Shown piece after piece: positions 25,401 through 37,350 of a DNA stretch of 64,000 nt. How positions within the stretch are numbered: position 1 is the first letter of the stretch; every line of letters starts with the position of its first letter. Origin of the DNA: Squalus acanthias (Eukaryota). The translations under genes and the position numbers were made by a program. The notes under the pieces are model-generated. The model was not told the origin of the DNA and did not search any database. It saw only the letters and a list, made by a program, of their open reading frames with translations. The stretch is taken from NCBI GenBank assembly GCA_030390025.1, contig CM059432.1, forward strand, positions 27,840,001 through 27,904,000. The letters run 5' to 3'.

Positions 25401-26299
25401 TGAAACTGCCCTGGAAGATGATAGTGAAAAACAATGCCACAAAGTGACTGAAATATCAAAATTGAACTTGAATTCTGCTTTAACCAAATTGGCCTAATCA
25501 GGCTTGGACTCACAATTTTGTGGTTAATGCAGGTGTGGTGTAAATGAAGGCTTGACAGCTTGCCCAGATAAACAGCTGTTTTAGTGTTCACAGTGATTGA
25601 TGTGGTTCGGGAGTTTGGCTAAATTTCTTAGCATCAGAAAAGCGTATAAATCAGGGCTGTGTGAAATCCCTCTCTCCCCACCTTCTCCTCAAACACATCA
25701 GGTCAAGGCTTGGATTCTGCCAGCTAGAAACATCTATTTACCAGAATTAGACATGAGGGCTTTGCAACTTATGATAAATTAATTCCAGGTTTTATGGATG
25801 GAAAATACGAGGCAATTCTCTGAGTTCTAGTAAGTGTTACTTAATGCTTAGCTGCCCGATTTTAGGAATTCCTCTCAGATTGATTATTGGCTGAGGAGGA
25901 GCTGCGCTGGACTAAGGGCAACTTTGTGCTCTGTGGATTCATGCTCATTAAGGAGCGAATTGAGACTGCCCCATTTCACTGAAAAGCCTTACAACCATCA
26001 GATAGAGAGTTTCATCCCATTAGTCTGCATGATTCAAACTTAGGTCCCATAGGTGAAAGGATATTGGGAAAAGGATTCCTTTGTAATTAAATGTTTATAA
26101 AGCAGATACAGAGAAAATTGTAGCCTAGTGGTTCTGGTACTGGACTAAAGACCTAAATGGTTTAAACTCTACCATAGATTGTTGTAAAAGCCGAACTGGT
26201 TCACTTCAGTCAAATGCTACATGGTTGACTTTTAGTGTCCTCATTTGTAAACAATCACGACAAAATTCAATAATAAGACGAAAATCAGTCAGATCCAGG

Positions 26300-27510
26300 C
26301 CTTGTATCAGAATATGTCCTGTCACACTGACAGGAAGACCCACCATAGGCAGGGCACAATGATATACGGCAGTCTGAGATTGGCTCTAGGAGTCCTCAAC
26401 ATTGACTCCGGACCCAATGAAGTCTTATGGATCAGGTCAAACAAAGTCAAAGAAACCTACCCCTCTCCCCCTTCAATTGATGAATTAGTACTCTTCCATG
26501 TTGCACATTACTTGAAGGAAGCTCAGAAGGAAGTAAAGGCACAGAATGTATTCTGGATAAGGGAGTTATGCATCCACCACTAAAAGTGACTCAGTGGAAT
26601 TGCCCTGATGATGTGTCCTATCAACACATGATAAATCTAAACAGACCAATAACCACCCTATCTGCCTCCTCCCAATCATTAGTAATGTAATAGAAGCAGT
26701 TATCAATAGTGCCATGAAGCAACACCTATACACCAATAATCTGCTCACCGAAGCTCAGTTCTGGTTCTGCTAGAACTACCTGGCTCCAGACCTTGATCCA
26801 GACATGGACACAAGAGCTGAATCACAAGAGGTGAGGTGAGAGTCACAGCACTTGATGTCAAGCCAGCATTCGACCAAGTATGGATCTCAGGGGCCCTAGC
26901 AAAATTGAAGTCAATGGGGGTCAAAGGGAAAAACTTCCAGTGGCTGGAGTCTTACCTGACACAAAGGAAGATAAAGAAAGAGATTGTATTTATATAGCAC
27001 CTTTGACACCCTCAAAATGTCCCAAAGCAATATACAGCCAATGAAGTACAGTCACTGTTGGTATTCCCACAAACAGATTTGAGATAAATGACCAGATAAA
27101 CTGTTTTAGTGATATTGGGTGTGGGATGAATGTTGGCCAAGTCACCAAGATAATTTTCCTGCTCTTCTTCATTATAGCCATGGGATATTTTACATCCACC
27201 TGAAAGAGCAGATGGGGCCTCAGTTTAACAACTCATCCGAAAGACTGCCCTTCCGACAGTATAGTACTGCACTGAAGTGTCAGCCTAGATTATGTGCTCA
27301 AGTCTGGAAAGGGGAGCTTGAACCCACATCTTCTGACTCAGAGATGAGAGTGCTACCACTGAGCCACGACTGACACACAAGATGACTGTAGTTGTTAGAG
27401 GCCAGTCATCACAGGCCCAGGACATCACTGCAAAAGTTCCTCAGGTAGTGTAATCAGCACAGCTATCTTCAGCCGCTGGATCAATGGCCTTTTCTTCATC
27501 ATAAGGCCAT
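26300..27510 (+). mobile_element. Degraded LINE ORF2 fragment (endonuclease and RT pieces) split by a Deu-SINE
   Basis: LDVKPAFDQVW..WLESYLTQRK| then resumes GACTGTAGTTGTTAGAGGCCAG..GTTCCTCAGG after the SINE, with AAGAT at both junctions. Confidence 0.7.
26973..27378 (-). mobile_element. Deu-domain SINE, full length, with TSD AAGAT
   Basis: Head at ~27375 and L2-like tail at ~26975; it interrupts a LINE. Confidence 0.78.
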
Positions 27511-28781
27511 CTGAGATCTGGTCATTTGATGAACCAGGGATTGCTTTGACCAAGATGAGAAACAACAGAAAGGCATCTCAAATTTCATGTGATTTCCTTA
27601 GTTCTACGCAGCACTCATTTTTAACTTGCTCAGATAAGTAGATGTCCTCTAGGTGTTTGGTCCACATTTATTTTGGTGGGGAGGAGTTGTCAGATTGTGT
27701 TACATTTGAAGGGTGCAGCTTCTGGCTGCCAGAATTGAGAACTGGGTCAGGAAGGATAATGTTCTAAGACCGCATTCTAAACTATAATACATACACACAC
27801 TAATTAAAAAAAAATTAATTATATATTTAATCATTTATATCGGGATGGGCTCTTCGCTGATGGAACTCTTTGCTAGGAACTAGAAAGTATACTGTTATTA
27901 GAGTCAAGCTCCTCACTGAGGGCCAATGCATGGATAAAAAGGCCCAACCCACTGCCTCAGAACAAACCAGTCTTGCAGAGGAGGCCTGAAACAGGCGGCC
28001 CCTTATTTTCATATGCAAAGCGCCTAATGCCTGTCTTAGGCGTGGTCACCGCACAACATCTTTATTGTCCTGTTCCAATGTGGCTGGTGGCGCACTTTCG
28101 TCCCCACCATATTGGGGCTTAGTAGGCCAGTTAGCACCTGAAAATAGGCCAGATTTATAGGTCCCTATATTTTAACAGTTGCTTGTGATAATGCTGTTGC
28201 AGGCTCTGGCCAATGGGTGGTGTTGCAGTTTCTGAAGTCTTTCTCTACTCCATCACCAGCTTGTGTGTAAAATGAATTATATTCATCAAATCAACTATGG
28301 GCAAGACCATGGGCAATTTACTAGTCACTATTAAAAGGTTTGCCACTGACAATCTGCTAGCTGAATTCCCGGCAGTTCCATCAATGGGAGGGCACCTAAT
28401 TTCCATAGAAGGGCACCCCACCACCCCAATGCCCACCTGGCCCATGCAACTGGAAAATCTGGTGCCTGCTCACCATTGGGGAGGTGGGGGACTTGCCCAA
28501 GCTCCTCCCAGAATACATCCCTACAGGCCCCTGTGTAAGGTTATCAATTAATTTATCCATTCTTCTGAGGTTCAGGCCATTTGATTGGTCTGGACACTCC
28601 CGTCCCCCCTCGCCCCCCATGGGACCCACCTGCACCCTTCTAGAGGCTAGTACCCTTCATCTCACTATGTGTACCGACTCCAGCATTGGGTTAAGAATGA
28701 GCCAAGGAAGTGGGAAACCCCCAGAATAGGGAACCCACATCCCCAGTTCCGCCCCACTGACAACGTCTGTCTTATGAGGGA

Positions 28782-28980
28782 CATGATGCGGAGATGCTGG
28801 TGTTGGACTGGGGTGGACAAAATTGAGAGGTCGCATAACACCAGGTTATAGTCCAACAGTTTTATTTTAAATCACAAGCTTTCGGAGTTACAACTCCTTC
28901 GTCGGGTGAGTAACTCCGAAAGCTTGTGATTTAAAATAAAACTGTTGGACTATAACCTGGTGTTGTGCGACCTCTCATTT
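28782..28980. mobile_element. Inverted pair of Penelope pseudo-LTR ends with TSD; complete hammerhead motif on the minus arm (28872-28909)
   Basis: Minus arm 28782-28909 and plus arm 28910-28980. TTATGAGGGACA occurs on both sides (28772-28783 and 28981-28992). Confidence 0.9.
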
Positions 28981-29102
28981 TTATGAGGGACAGGCAGAGG
29001 TTCTATCTCTTACAAGGCACACGGATTGCAGCGGTTCAAGAAGGCGGCTAGCCACCACCTTCTCAAGGGCAATTAGGGATGGGCAATAAATGCTATCAGA
29101 TA

Positions 29103-31826
29103 CTGAGAGCTAAATACTGCAGAAAGTCTAGAGGAGTATAGAAAGTGCAGGGGTGAAATTAAAAAGGAAATTAGGAAAGCAAAGAGAGGGCATGAAAAAA
29201 GATTGGCAAGTAAAATCAAGGAAAACCCAAAGATGTTTTATAAATACATAAAGAGCAAGAGGATAACTAAAGAAAGAGTCGGGCCTATTAGAGACCAAAT
29301 AGGGAGCTTAGGTGTGGAGGCAGAAGATATGGGTGTGGTTCTTAATGAATACTTTGCATCTGTCTTCACAAAAGAGAGGGACGATGCAGACATTGGCCTG
29401 AAAATTAAACCTAATACGCGAGAGTACGCACTGTGTACTCTCGTGTATTAGATCCCGAATTGCCGGTTTCCTGCATGCACTGCGCATGCGCGGGAAACCG
29501 GCACTTCGTGAATTGAAAAGGGGGCGGTTCCTAAGTGAACCGCATGTGCACTACAGGCTGCGCGCACGCAGTGCACTCAGTTTTTTTTTCAGCTTTGAAC
29601 ACGCAGGTAAGTGGTGAAGATTTTACACATAAAGAAAGCAGGCGTAGGACCCCCTTTTAACAAGGTAAGTAGTTAATTAAGTGTTATTTTTAAATTTTTT
29701 CAACAGGTTTATCTTTTTTAGAGACTTTAAAGAAAGGTAAGTTTATTTTTATAACTTTTAAAAAGATTTTAAATTTTTTCAAAAATTTAATTTTTTGTTT
29801 AAAGTGGTTAATTTATTTAACTATAGTTATTTTATTAATGCGATCGCTTTTTAAAAAAATTTAATTGAGGTTTAGCTGTTCTTTTGGGGGTTTGTAGTAT
29901 TCATAGCTTTGACAGCCCTTGCTGTTAAAGCTATGAATGAAAGATGGTGTGCTGCCATTGGCTCTAACTGAATCACGTGATCCCAGAGCTCGCACGAACT
30001 AATTGCGCCTCTGGGACACGCAAGCACTGCACGGTTGCAACAGAGAGAGGCTTTGAAACTAAAGTTCGTGTGGGCCTGGAGCAAAAAGGTCGGCGCGGAG
30101 TGCGATATCGCGGGGAATCCTTACCCCCGCGGGAACCCTCACTGTTTAATTTCTGGGCCATTGTAGTTAAGGAGCAGGAGTGTGAAATATTAGATGAGAT
30201 AAACATAGTGAGAGAGGAAGTATTAAGGGGTTTAGCATTTTTGAAAGTAGATAAATTGCCAGGCCCGGATAAAATGTATCCCAGGCTGTTAAGAGAAGCA
30301 AGGGAGGAAATAGCAAAGGCTCCGACCATCATTTTTCAATCCTCTCTGGCTACAGGTGTGGTGCCGGAGGACTACTAACATTGTACAGTTGTTTAAAAAG
30401 GGAGAAAGGGATAGACCGAGTAATTACAGACCAATCAGTCTAACCTTGGTGGTGGGCAAATTATTGGAAAAAATTCTGAGGGACAGTATTAATCGTCATT
30501 TAGAAAGGCATGGATTAATCAAGGAGGCATACGGGATACTTTCCTTTATCAGCATGGATTTGTTAAGGGAAGGTCGTGTCTGACTAACTTGATTGAATTT
30601 TTTGAAGAGGCAACAAGGAGGATTGATGAGGGTAGTGCATTTGATGTAGTCTACAAGAATTTTAGCAAGGCTTTTGACAGGGTCCCACATGGCAGATTGG
30701 TCAGGAAAGTAAAAGCCCATGGGATCCAAGGGAAAGTGGCAAGTTGGATCCAAAATTGGCTCAGTGGCAGGAAGCAAAGGGTAATGGTTGGTGGATGTTT
30801 TTGTGACTGGAAAGCTGTTCTGTCCAATGGGGTTCTGCAGGGCTCAGTACTAGGTCACTTGCTTTTTGTGGTATATATCAATGATTTAGACTTTAACGTA
30901 GGAGGCATAATGATGAAGTTTGCAGATGATACAAAATTTGGCCATGTGGTTGGTAGTGAGGAAGAAAGATGTAGACTGCAGGAAGATATCAATGGACTGG
31001 TCAGGTGGGCAGAAAAGTGGCAAATGGAATTCAATCCAGAGAAGTGTGAGGTAATGCATTTGGGGAGGGCTAACAAGGCAAGGGACTACACAATAAATGG
31101 TAGGACACTGAGTAGTGTAGAGGAACAGAGGGACCTTGGAGTGCATGCCCACAGATCCCTGAAGGTAGCAGGACAGGTAGATAAGGTGGTTAAGGAGGTA
31201 TACGGGATACTTTCCTTTATTAGCCGAGGCATAGAATATAAGAGCATGAAGGTTATGCTTGAACTGTATAAAACACTAGTCAGGCCACACCTAATGTACT
31301 GTTTACAGTTCTGGTCATCAATTTACAGGAAAGATGTGATTGCACTAGAGAGCGTACAGAGGAGGTTTATGGGGATGTTGCCAGGTCTAGAGAATTTTAC
31401 CTATGAGGAAAGATTGGATAGGCTGGGGTTGTTTTCTTTGGAACAGAGGAGGCTGAGGGGAGACTTAATTGAGGTGTATAAAATTATGAGGGGCCTGGAT
31501 AGAGTGGATAGGAAGGACCTATTTCTCCTAGCAGAGAGGTCAATAACCAGGGAGCCTAGATTTAAAGTAACTGGTAGAAGGATTAGAGGGGAGTTGAGAA
31601 GAATTTTCTTCACCCAGAGGGTGGTGGGGGTCTGGAACTCACTGCCTGAAAGGGTGGTAGAGGCAGAAACCCTCATCACATTTAAAAAGTACTTGTATAT
31701 GCACTTGAACTGCCGTAACCTACAAGGCTACGGGCCAAGAGCTGGAAAGTGGGATTAGGCTGGATAGCACTTTTTTGACCGGTCGAATGGCCTCCTACTG
31801 TGCTGTAAATTTCTCTGATTCTATGA
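29103..31826 (+). mobile_element. 5'-truncated CR1 LINE ORF2 + 3' UTR, split by a DNA transposon at 29395-30159
   Basis: IKENPKMFYKYIKSKR...DADI|VVKEQECEIL joins across the insert. RT motifs are FSKAFD, QGSVLG and KFADD, followed by FFTQRVV..WNSLP and the tail TTCTCTGATTCTATGA. Confidence 0.95.
29395..30159. mobile_element. MITE-like non-autonomous DNA transposon inserted in a CR1
   Basis: Imperfect TIR GGCCTGAAAATTAAAC / GTTTAATTTCTGGGCC and TSD ATT. The CR1 frame is restored when the insert is removed. Internal palindromes lie at 29413-29451 and 29461-29503. Confidence 0.88.
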
Positions 31827-32561
31827 ATTTATGCCAGTGATGCCCACATTCCATGAACGAATAAAAAAAAAAGGCAGCTCAGGAAATCCCATGGAAGACG
31901 CCCTAGGAAGACGGTGAAATCAGTTTGTATTGATTAATTCAAATGCAAATTAGACAGACTTCTTTCAGAAAATAACATTTTGGGATACAGTATATGAGTA
32001 ATTTGAGACCTGACATGTGGTAATGTTTGTGAGGAAAAGGGTGACTTTGGATCTATGATTCCCAAAGCTCTCCACCACTGGGAATTTTCCGCACCTCATG
32101 CCTGAGTCTGTTGTAGATTAATTGATAGAGATTGATTGCTCTGATTAGTCAACAACTTCATTATTGTTATATCATGTGACTACCAGAACAGCAAACCAGA
32201 TGGACTTGAATCTTTTTTGTCTAGCAATTCCTATGTTCCCACAGTTTTCCGGTGGGTTCTGCTGGTCTCCTGTCATGGAATCCAGTGGAACTCCCTGGAA
32301 ATTCGGGGCATTTGTGTCTCTATGAATTAATGTAGCATAACAGAGTCTGTGTTTCCTTCTTTCGGTCCATGGTAACTACCCGACATTATTGGTCATTTGC
32401 TTAGCAGGGACCAACCAGTCTGGAAAACAAAAAGAGGCTATTACGGTTCCCAGCCAACTTCTCCTTCAGGGTCAACAACCAGCCTGAGCGAACCGAGTGC
32501 TGGATAATGTCACACCCAGCAAACATCCCCTCAACCCCACCCCCACCCAGCCTTTGCTGCC

Positions 32562-33688
32562 TTTGCACCCTGGGCCCAGACCCCGATCGCTCTGTGCCCA
32601 GGGCCCAGCACCCGCTCACTCTGGGCACAGCCCCCTTGCCCCCTGTACCCTGGGCCCAGCCCCCACTCCCTCTCTGCCCTGGGACCAGCCCTCACTCCCT
32701 CTCTGCCCTGGGCCCAGACCCCGATCGCTCTGTGCCCAGGGCCCAGCCCCCGCTCACTCTGGGCACAGCCCCCTTGCCCCCTGTACCCTGGGCCCAGCCC
32801 CCACTCCCACTCTGCCCTGGGCCCAGCCCCCACTCACTCTGTGCCCTGGGCCCAGCCCCCGATCGCTCTGTGCCCAGGGCCCAGCCCCCACTCACTCTGT
32901 GCCCAGCCCCAGCCCCTGCTCCATCTGCCCTGAGCCCAGCCCCCTCTCCCTCTGTGCCCTGGGCCCAGCCCCCGCTCACTCTGTGCCCAGCCCCCGCTCC
33001 ATCTGCCCTGGGCCCAGCCCCCTCTAACTCTGTGCCCTGGGCCCAGCCCCCGCTCCCTCTGTGCTCTGGGCCCAGACCCCAATCGTTTTGTGCCCTGGGC
33101 CCAGCCCCCGCTCCCTCTGTGCCCTGGGCCCAGCCCCCTCTCCCTCTGTGCCCTGGGCCCAGCCTCCTCTCCCTCTGTGCCCTGGGCCCAGCCCCCAATC
33201 GTTTTGTGCCCTGGGCCCAGCCCCCGCTCCCTCTGTGCCCTGGGCCCAGCCCCCTCTCCCTCTGTGCCCTGGGCCCAGCCTCCTCTCACTCTGTGCCCTG
33301 GGCCCAGCCCCCTCTCACTCTGTGCCCTGGGCCCAGCCCCCTCTCCCTCTGTGCCCTGGGCCCAGCCCCCTCTCACTCTGTGCCCTGGGCCCAGCCCCCT
33401 CTCCCTCTGTGCCCTGGGCCCAGCCCCCTCTCACTCTGTGCCCTGGGCCCAGCCCCCTCTCCCTCTGTGCCCTGGGCCCAGCCCCCTCTCACTCTGTGCC
33501 CTGGGCCCAGCCCCCTCTCCCTCTGTGCCCTGGGCCCAGCCCCCTCTCCCTCTGTGCCCTGGGCCCAGCCCCCTCTCACTCTGTGCCCTGGGCCCAGCCC
33601 CCTCTCCCTCTGTGCCCTGGGCCCAGCCTTCTCTCCCTCTGTGCCCTGGGCCAAGCCCTCGCTCCCCATGTGCCCTGGGCCCAGCCTG
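32562..33688. repeat. 29-bp GC-rich minisatellite (TGTGCCCTGGGCCCAGCCCCCTCTCCCTC), roughly 39 units
   Basis: Directly visible tandem array; it accounts for the overlapping Pro/Gly-rich spurious ORFs. Confidence 0.97.
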
Positions 33689-34328
33689 CCTTTAAGAGGC
33701 TCGAGGACAAAAATTTAAAAAAAGCAAGTAACACTTGCCACGGAATGTAGCTTCTCTGTTGGCCTACGTTAGTGAAGAGTTTTCTGCACTGTTAAGCCAG
33801 GGATTGGATCTGTCTTGGAAAAAACAAAAGTGTAATAAATTATCTCTCTAAATTCTGCCTTCTCTTTTCCAAAATAGAATGTATAAAATCTGACAAACTC
33901 TTACCATTTTATAGTAGCTGGGGATCAAAGGTCTTGAGAGCAGAATGAAGAACAGCAGGACAGAAAATTGGAAAAAGATATCACACAAATCATCTATGTT
34001 TTCTCAGGAAAGCAGAAGTGAAGAACCCAATTAAAATAACAAATCAGTTTAAAAGTTTTTCAAGGAATCTCATGCTGTCCCTTCGATCACTGCTTGCTTG
34101 CACAGAACTGACTCATCTGCTCCCCATATTAACTACAGGACTTGACATTCAGGGTTTCTGCCTGGCTCTCTTGTCAGACATTCCTGTCAAATCACCAGCT
34201 GAACCCTTTACATTTCACATGGAGCTTCTCCCATCACAGCTGCTTTACCTCACATTGTATCGACGTGAGATAATTTGCTTTTAATTAAATGATAGTAAAA
34301 TCTGAGAGAAGATGACCTTTCTAATGAC

Positions 34329-34422
34329 CAGTTCTGATGAGAGGCCATTGACCTGAAACATTAACTTGGGTTCTCTCGCCACAGATTTTGCCTGACCTGC
34401 TGCGTGTTTCCAGTATTTTCTG
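34329..34422 (+). mobile_element. Short repeat of a second hammerhead-bearing family (probably Penelope-derived)
   Basis: CAGTT-CTGATGA-GAGGCCATTGACCT-GAAA-CATT-AACT followed by ..ACAGATTTTGCCTGACCTGCTGCGTGTTTCCAGTATTTTCTG. Related pieces lie at ~11345-11458, 44975-45092, 48650-48750 and 61570-61625. Confidence 0.6.
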
Positions 34423-34498
34423 CGGCTATATATTTAAGGTTTCATCTAATAGTGCATCACTCCTTTGAAAAAAGGAAACCTATTTGTTGCTGAATTAT

Positions 34499-35194
34499 GG
34501 CCCGGAATTTGTGGTCAGCTTCGCATAAAGATCTTGTGACCTCTGTGCTGAGAATTTCGGGTTTTCCGAACGTAATTCCAATCGAGGAAAGTTAATGGGG
34601 ATTCCCAGCGAAGAGCTGCCGTGATGTAAACAAGCTGTCTAAGCAGCCAATCAAAATGCAGAATTCTCACAGACAGTGAACCAGGAAGTGGGTAAGCTCC
34701 TAAAATTCTAAATGTTAGAGCGAGCAAAACAAAGATTCAGGTTCTCACATGGGGAAAAGGCAAACCTGAAATAAAGATGAATTCGTTTTTTTTAAAGTTT
34801 CTTAAAAATTTAAATTTTTATTCAAATGAATAAATTTGACACTGCACAAAATTAAAATTAATTTTTCACGGCCTTAACCTTTTTGTTTACCAGTCAATAC
34901 GTTGTTAAAACCCCAGTTACACCTGATCCCTTTGGGTTTAACTTTTAATGGGGTATTTAACAGCGTAATTACTGCGAAGGAGCCGAAGTTGTCTTCAGTT
35001 TCCATGATTTGAGAGATTTCACTGATTGCCAGCTCTGTGTGGGGGTTGGCGGTGGTGGGGGTCACAGAGCGCAGCCTGTGGAGGAGCAGTGAATGACAGA
35101 CCGCAACTTCAGGATTTCCACGTTAGGCTGCGCGTGCGCTGAATCCTGAAGTTGCGGTCAGTTTCAACGGTGAAACGACTGCAGATTGCGGGCC
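34499..35194. mobile_element. Older MITE-like element
   Basis: Imperfect 18-bp TIR (14/18) GGCCCGGAATTTGTGGTC / GACTGCAGATTGCGGGCC with an AT-rich centre. The TSD is not conserved. Confidence 0.55.
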
Positions 35195-35407
35195 TGCACA
35201 AAAGATTTCACAAGTGGGACGTTTTTATTTTTACAGTTTTTGTTCCTAATATCAGCATCAAGCAGCTTCGGATAGGGTAGGGCACTGAGTAGCTTCAAAG
35301 TGAAGCTTCCTGTATTGTGGCACAGAGATGAAGGAAGATTCTTTCTGGTGTCCATGAGGTAAAATTTTGTCTTTAGCGCTCCCGGCACCAAACTTCGCCA
35401 CCTTCAC

Positions 35408-35830
35408 ATTTTTTCAAATTCATTCTTGGGGTTGTGGGCATTGCTACTAGGCCAGCATTTATTGCCCATCCCTAGTTGTCCTTGAAAAGGTGCATTCTTC
35501 TTGAACCATTGCAGTCCATGTAGTGAAGGTAGTGAAGGTACTCCCACAATGCTGTTAGGTAGAGAGTTCAAGGATTTTGACCCAGCGACGATGAAGGAAC
35601 AATGGTATATATCCATATCGGGATAGTGTGTGACTTGGAGGGGAACTTGCAGGTGACGATGTTCCCATGTATCTGCTGCCATTGTCCTTCTAGGTGGTGG
35701 AGGTCACGAGTTTGGGAGGTGCTGTCAAAGAAGACTTGGCGACTTGCTGCAACGCATCCTGTAGATAATACACACTACAGCCACGATACGCCTATGGGGG
35801 AGGGAGTGGATATTTAAGGTGGTGGCTGGG
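35408..35830 (-). mobile_element. Second copy of the 12020-12482 LINE 3' end
   Basis: Its reverse complement aligns by eye with 12060-12480. Confidence 0.8.
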
Positions 35831-37350
35831 CATGTGCCTGTCTTTTAAAATGCTTGGATGGTAGACTGTGAGGTGTGCCACCAAATGGTGAAACGTGCTT
35901 CTGGTACGTGAAGCTCTGGTCTGTGATTGCTAAAAAAGCTTTGACCTCAGAACTCTATCTGTTAGCAACAAAGTGGGAAGAATTCCTTCATATGCTACTG
36001 CTAGTGAAAATGTGAAAATATCTGATGGCAAAATCTTATCCTAGATCCACAAAGAGCACCAGCAGAATGGAATAAACAACCCCCCACTCTGCATATTTCT
36101 TAGTGGCTTTTCTATGTGAGATTGACAATCCTTTGCCCATTAGTATTTAATTATGGACAGTGCTGCACAAACAAGGGGACTGGATTTAAGACTGGCCAAA
36201 TTCATTTACTTTACTTCAGATTCTTGCAACTGGCAGACAGGAAATTTTTATCCAATCAGTTTGAAATGAATACCAATTAATGTTGAATTAGGGGCCTTTT
36301 TACTTTTTGGGCTCATTCCCACAAAGATCCAATACCGTTTAATTTCTGTTCCAAATCCCTATTGCTTGGTTTTAAAGTTATAGCTGAAATAGATGGAAGC
36401 CAATGAAGATTTGAAGAGTCCAAGGAAAATACATGAAATAAGCTTGGTTTGAATCCAACCCATTGGCGAGATGAAAGGGTTCTTGGGAGACTAGTTATTG
36501 AGTTTGGGACCCTAAAGGCCTCAGTTCAACAAAACGTTCCATAATTTAACAGTACATTGGCATTAGTTATGCACATAAATTCAGTCAGACCAACAAGGTA
36601 ATTAAAGGGGATGAGATTCTTTTAATGACAAACAAGAGAGTGCCCATTATTCCTCCATTATTAAAAGTTTACTCACAAAATTGCAAGAATGAGGGGCTTT
36701 GAAATGGATGATTCGTAAGAATGCAATTTTATTAACAGGGTATTAATTATAGTACATTCTCTTGCTTTTTATTAAAAGAGGAATTTCACCCCCAGTGCGT
36801 CAATTGGAAACACTGCATTGGGCTTGTGTTTTTGCTCTTGTCTGTGTGTTACTGGGAGCTGGGTTTTCACTGAGGAGACCGTACTTTCCTAATAAAATAT
36901 GAAATATAACTTCACACTAAAATGAATATGTGGAATAACCTACCCTGGATTGTAAAGGAAGCAAAGAATGTTATAAATTTCAAGAAGGAGATTTTTGGCA
37001 GCTAGGGCTATCGAGAGTATGAGAGAGAAAGTGGGTTAGGAAATCTAATTCTTTTGGAACTGGCCCAATGGATAGCGGCGATCTTTTCTCGTCCTGTGAA
37101 GTCTTCTGTTCCTAAGGACATTGGGGCATTTTAAAGTGGGTTAATCTTTTGTGCAATATTCACAATATTCAACTCAGGTGATGTCCTGGAAAGCTACAGG
37201 CTCCTATGAAACCATATCCCATTGTCAGTCAGTGTGTTCTGGAGAGGAAGGGGAAATTTAGGGCAAAAATAAAAGAAATAGAATGTTGGTCTAGCAGGCT
37301 TCGGTTGCTTCTATTTGTGGGCTGTTGTTAAATATTTTCACCTACTCAAG

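Noticed and set aside
32401..33750. Long Pro/Gly-rich ORFs (up to 403 aa) on both strands
   Set aside because: They are translations of a stop-poor 29-bp minisatellite, and the unit length is not a multiple of 3.
33895..33980. Possible micro-exon (minus-strand pyrimidine tract, CAG, 13 nt, GTAAGA) with an overlapping TCF motif
   Set aside because: It would shift the frame, and such motifs are expected by chance in a 51-kb intron.
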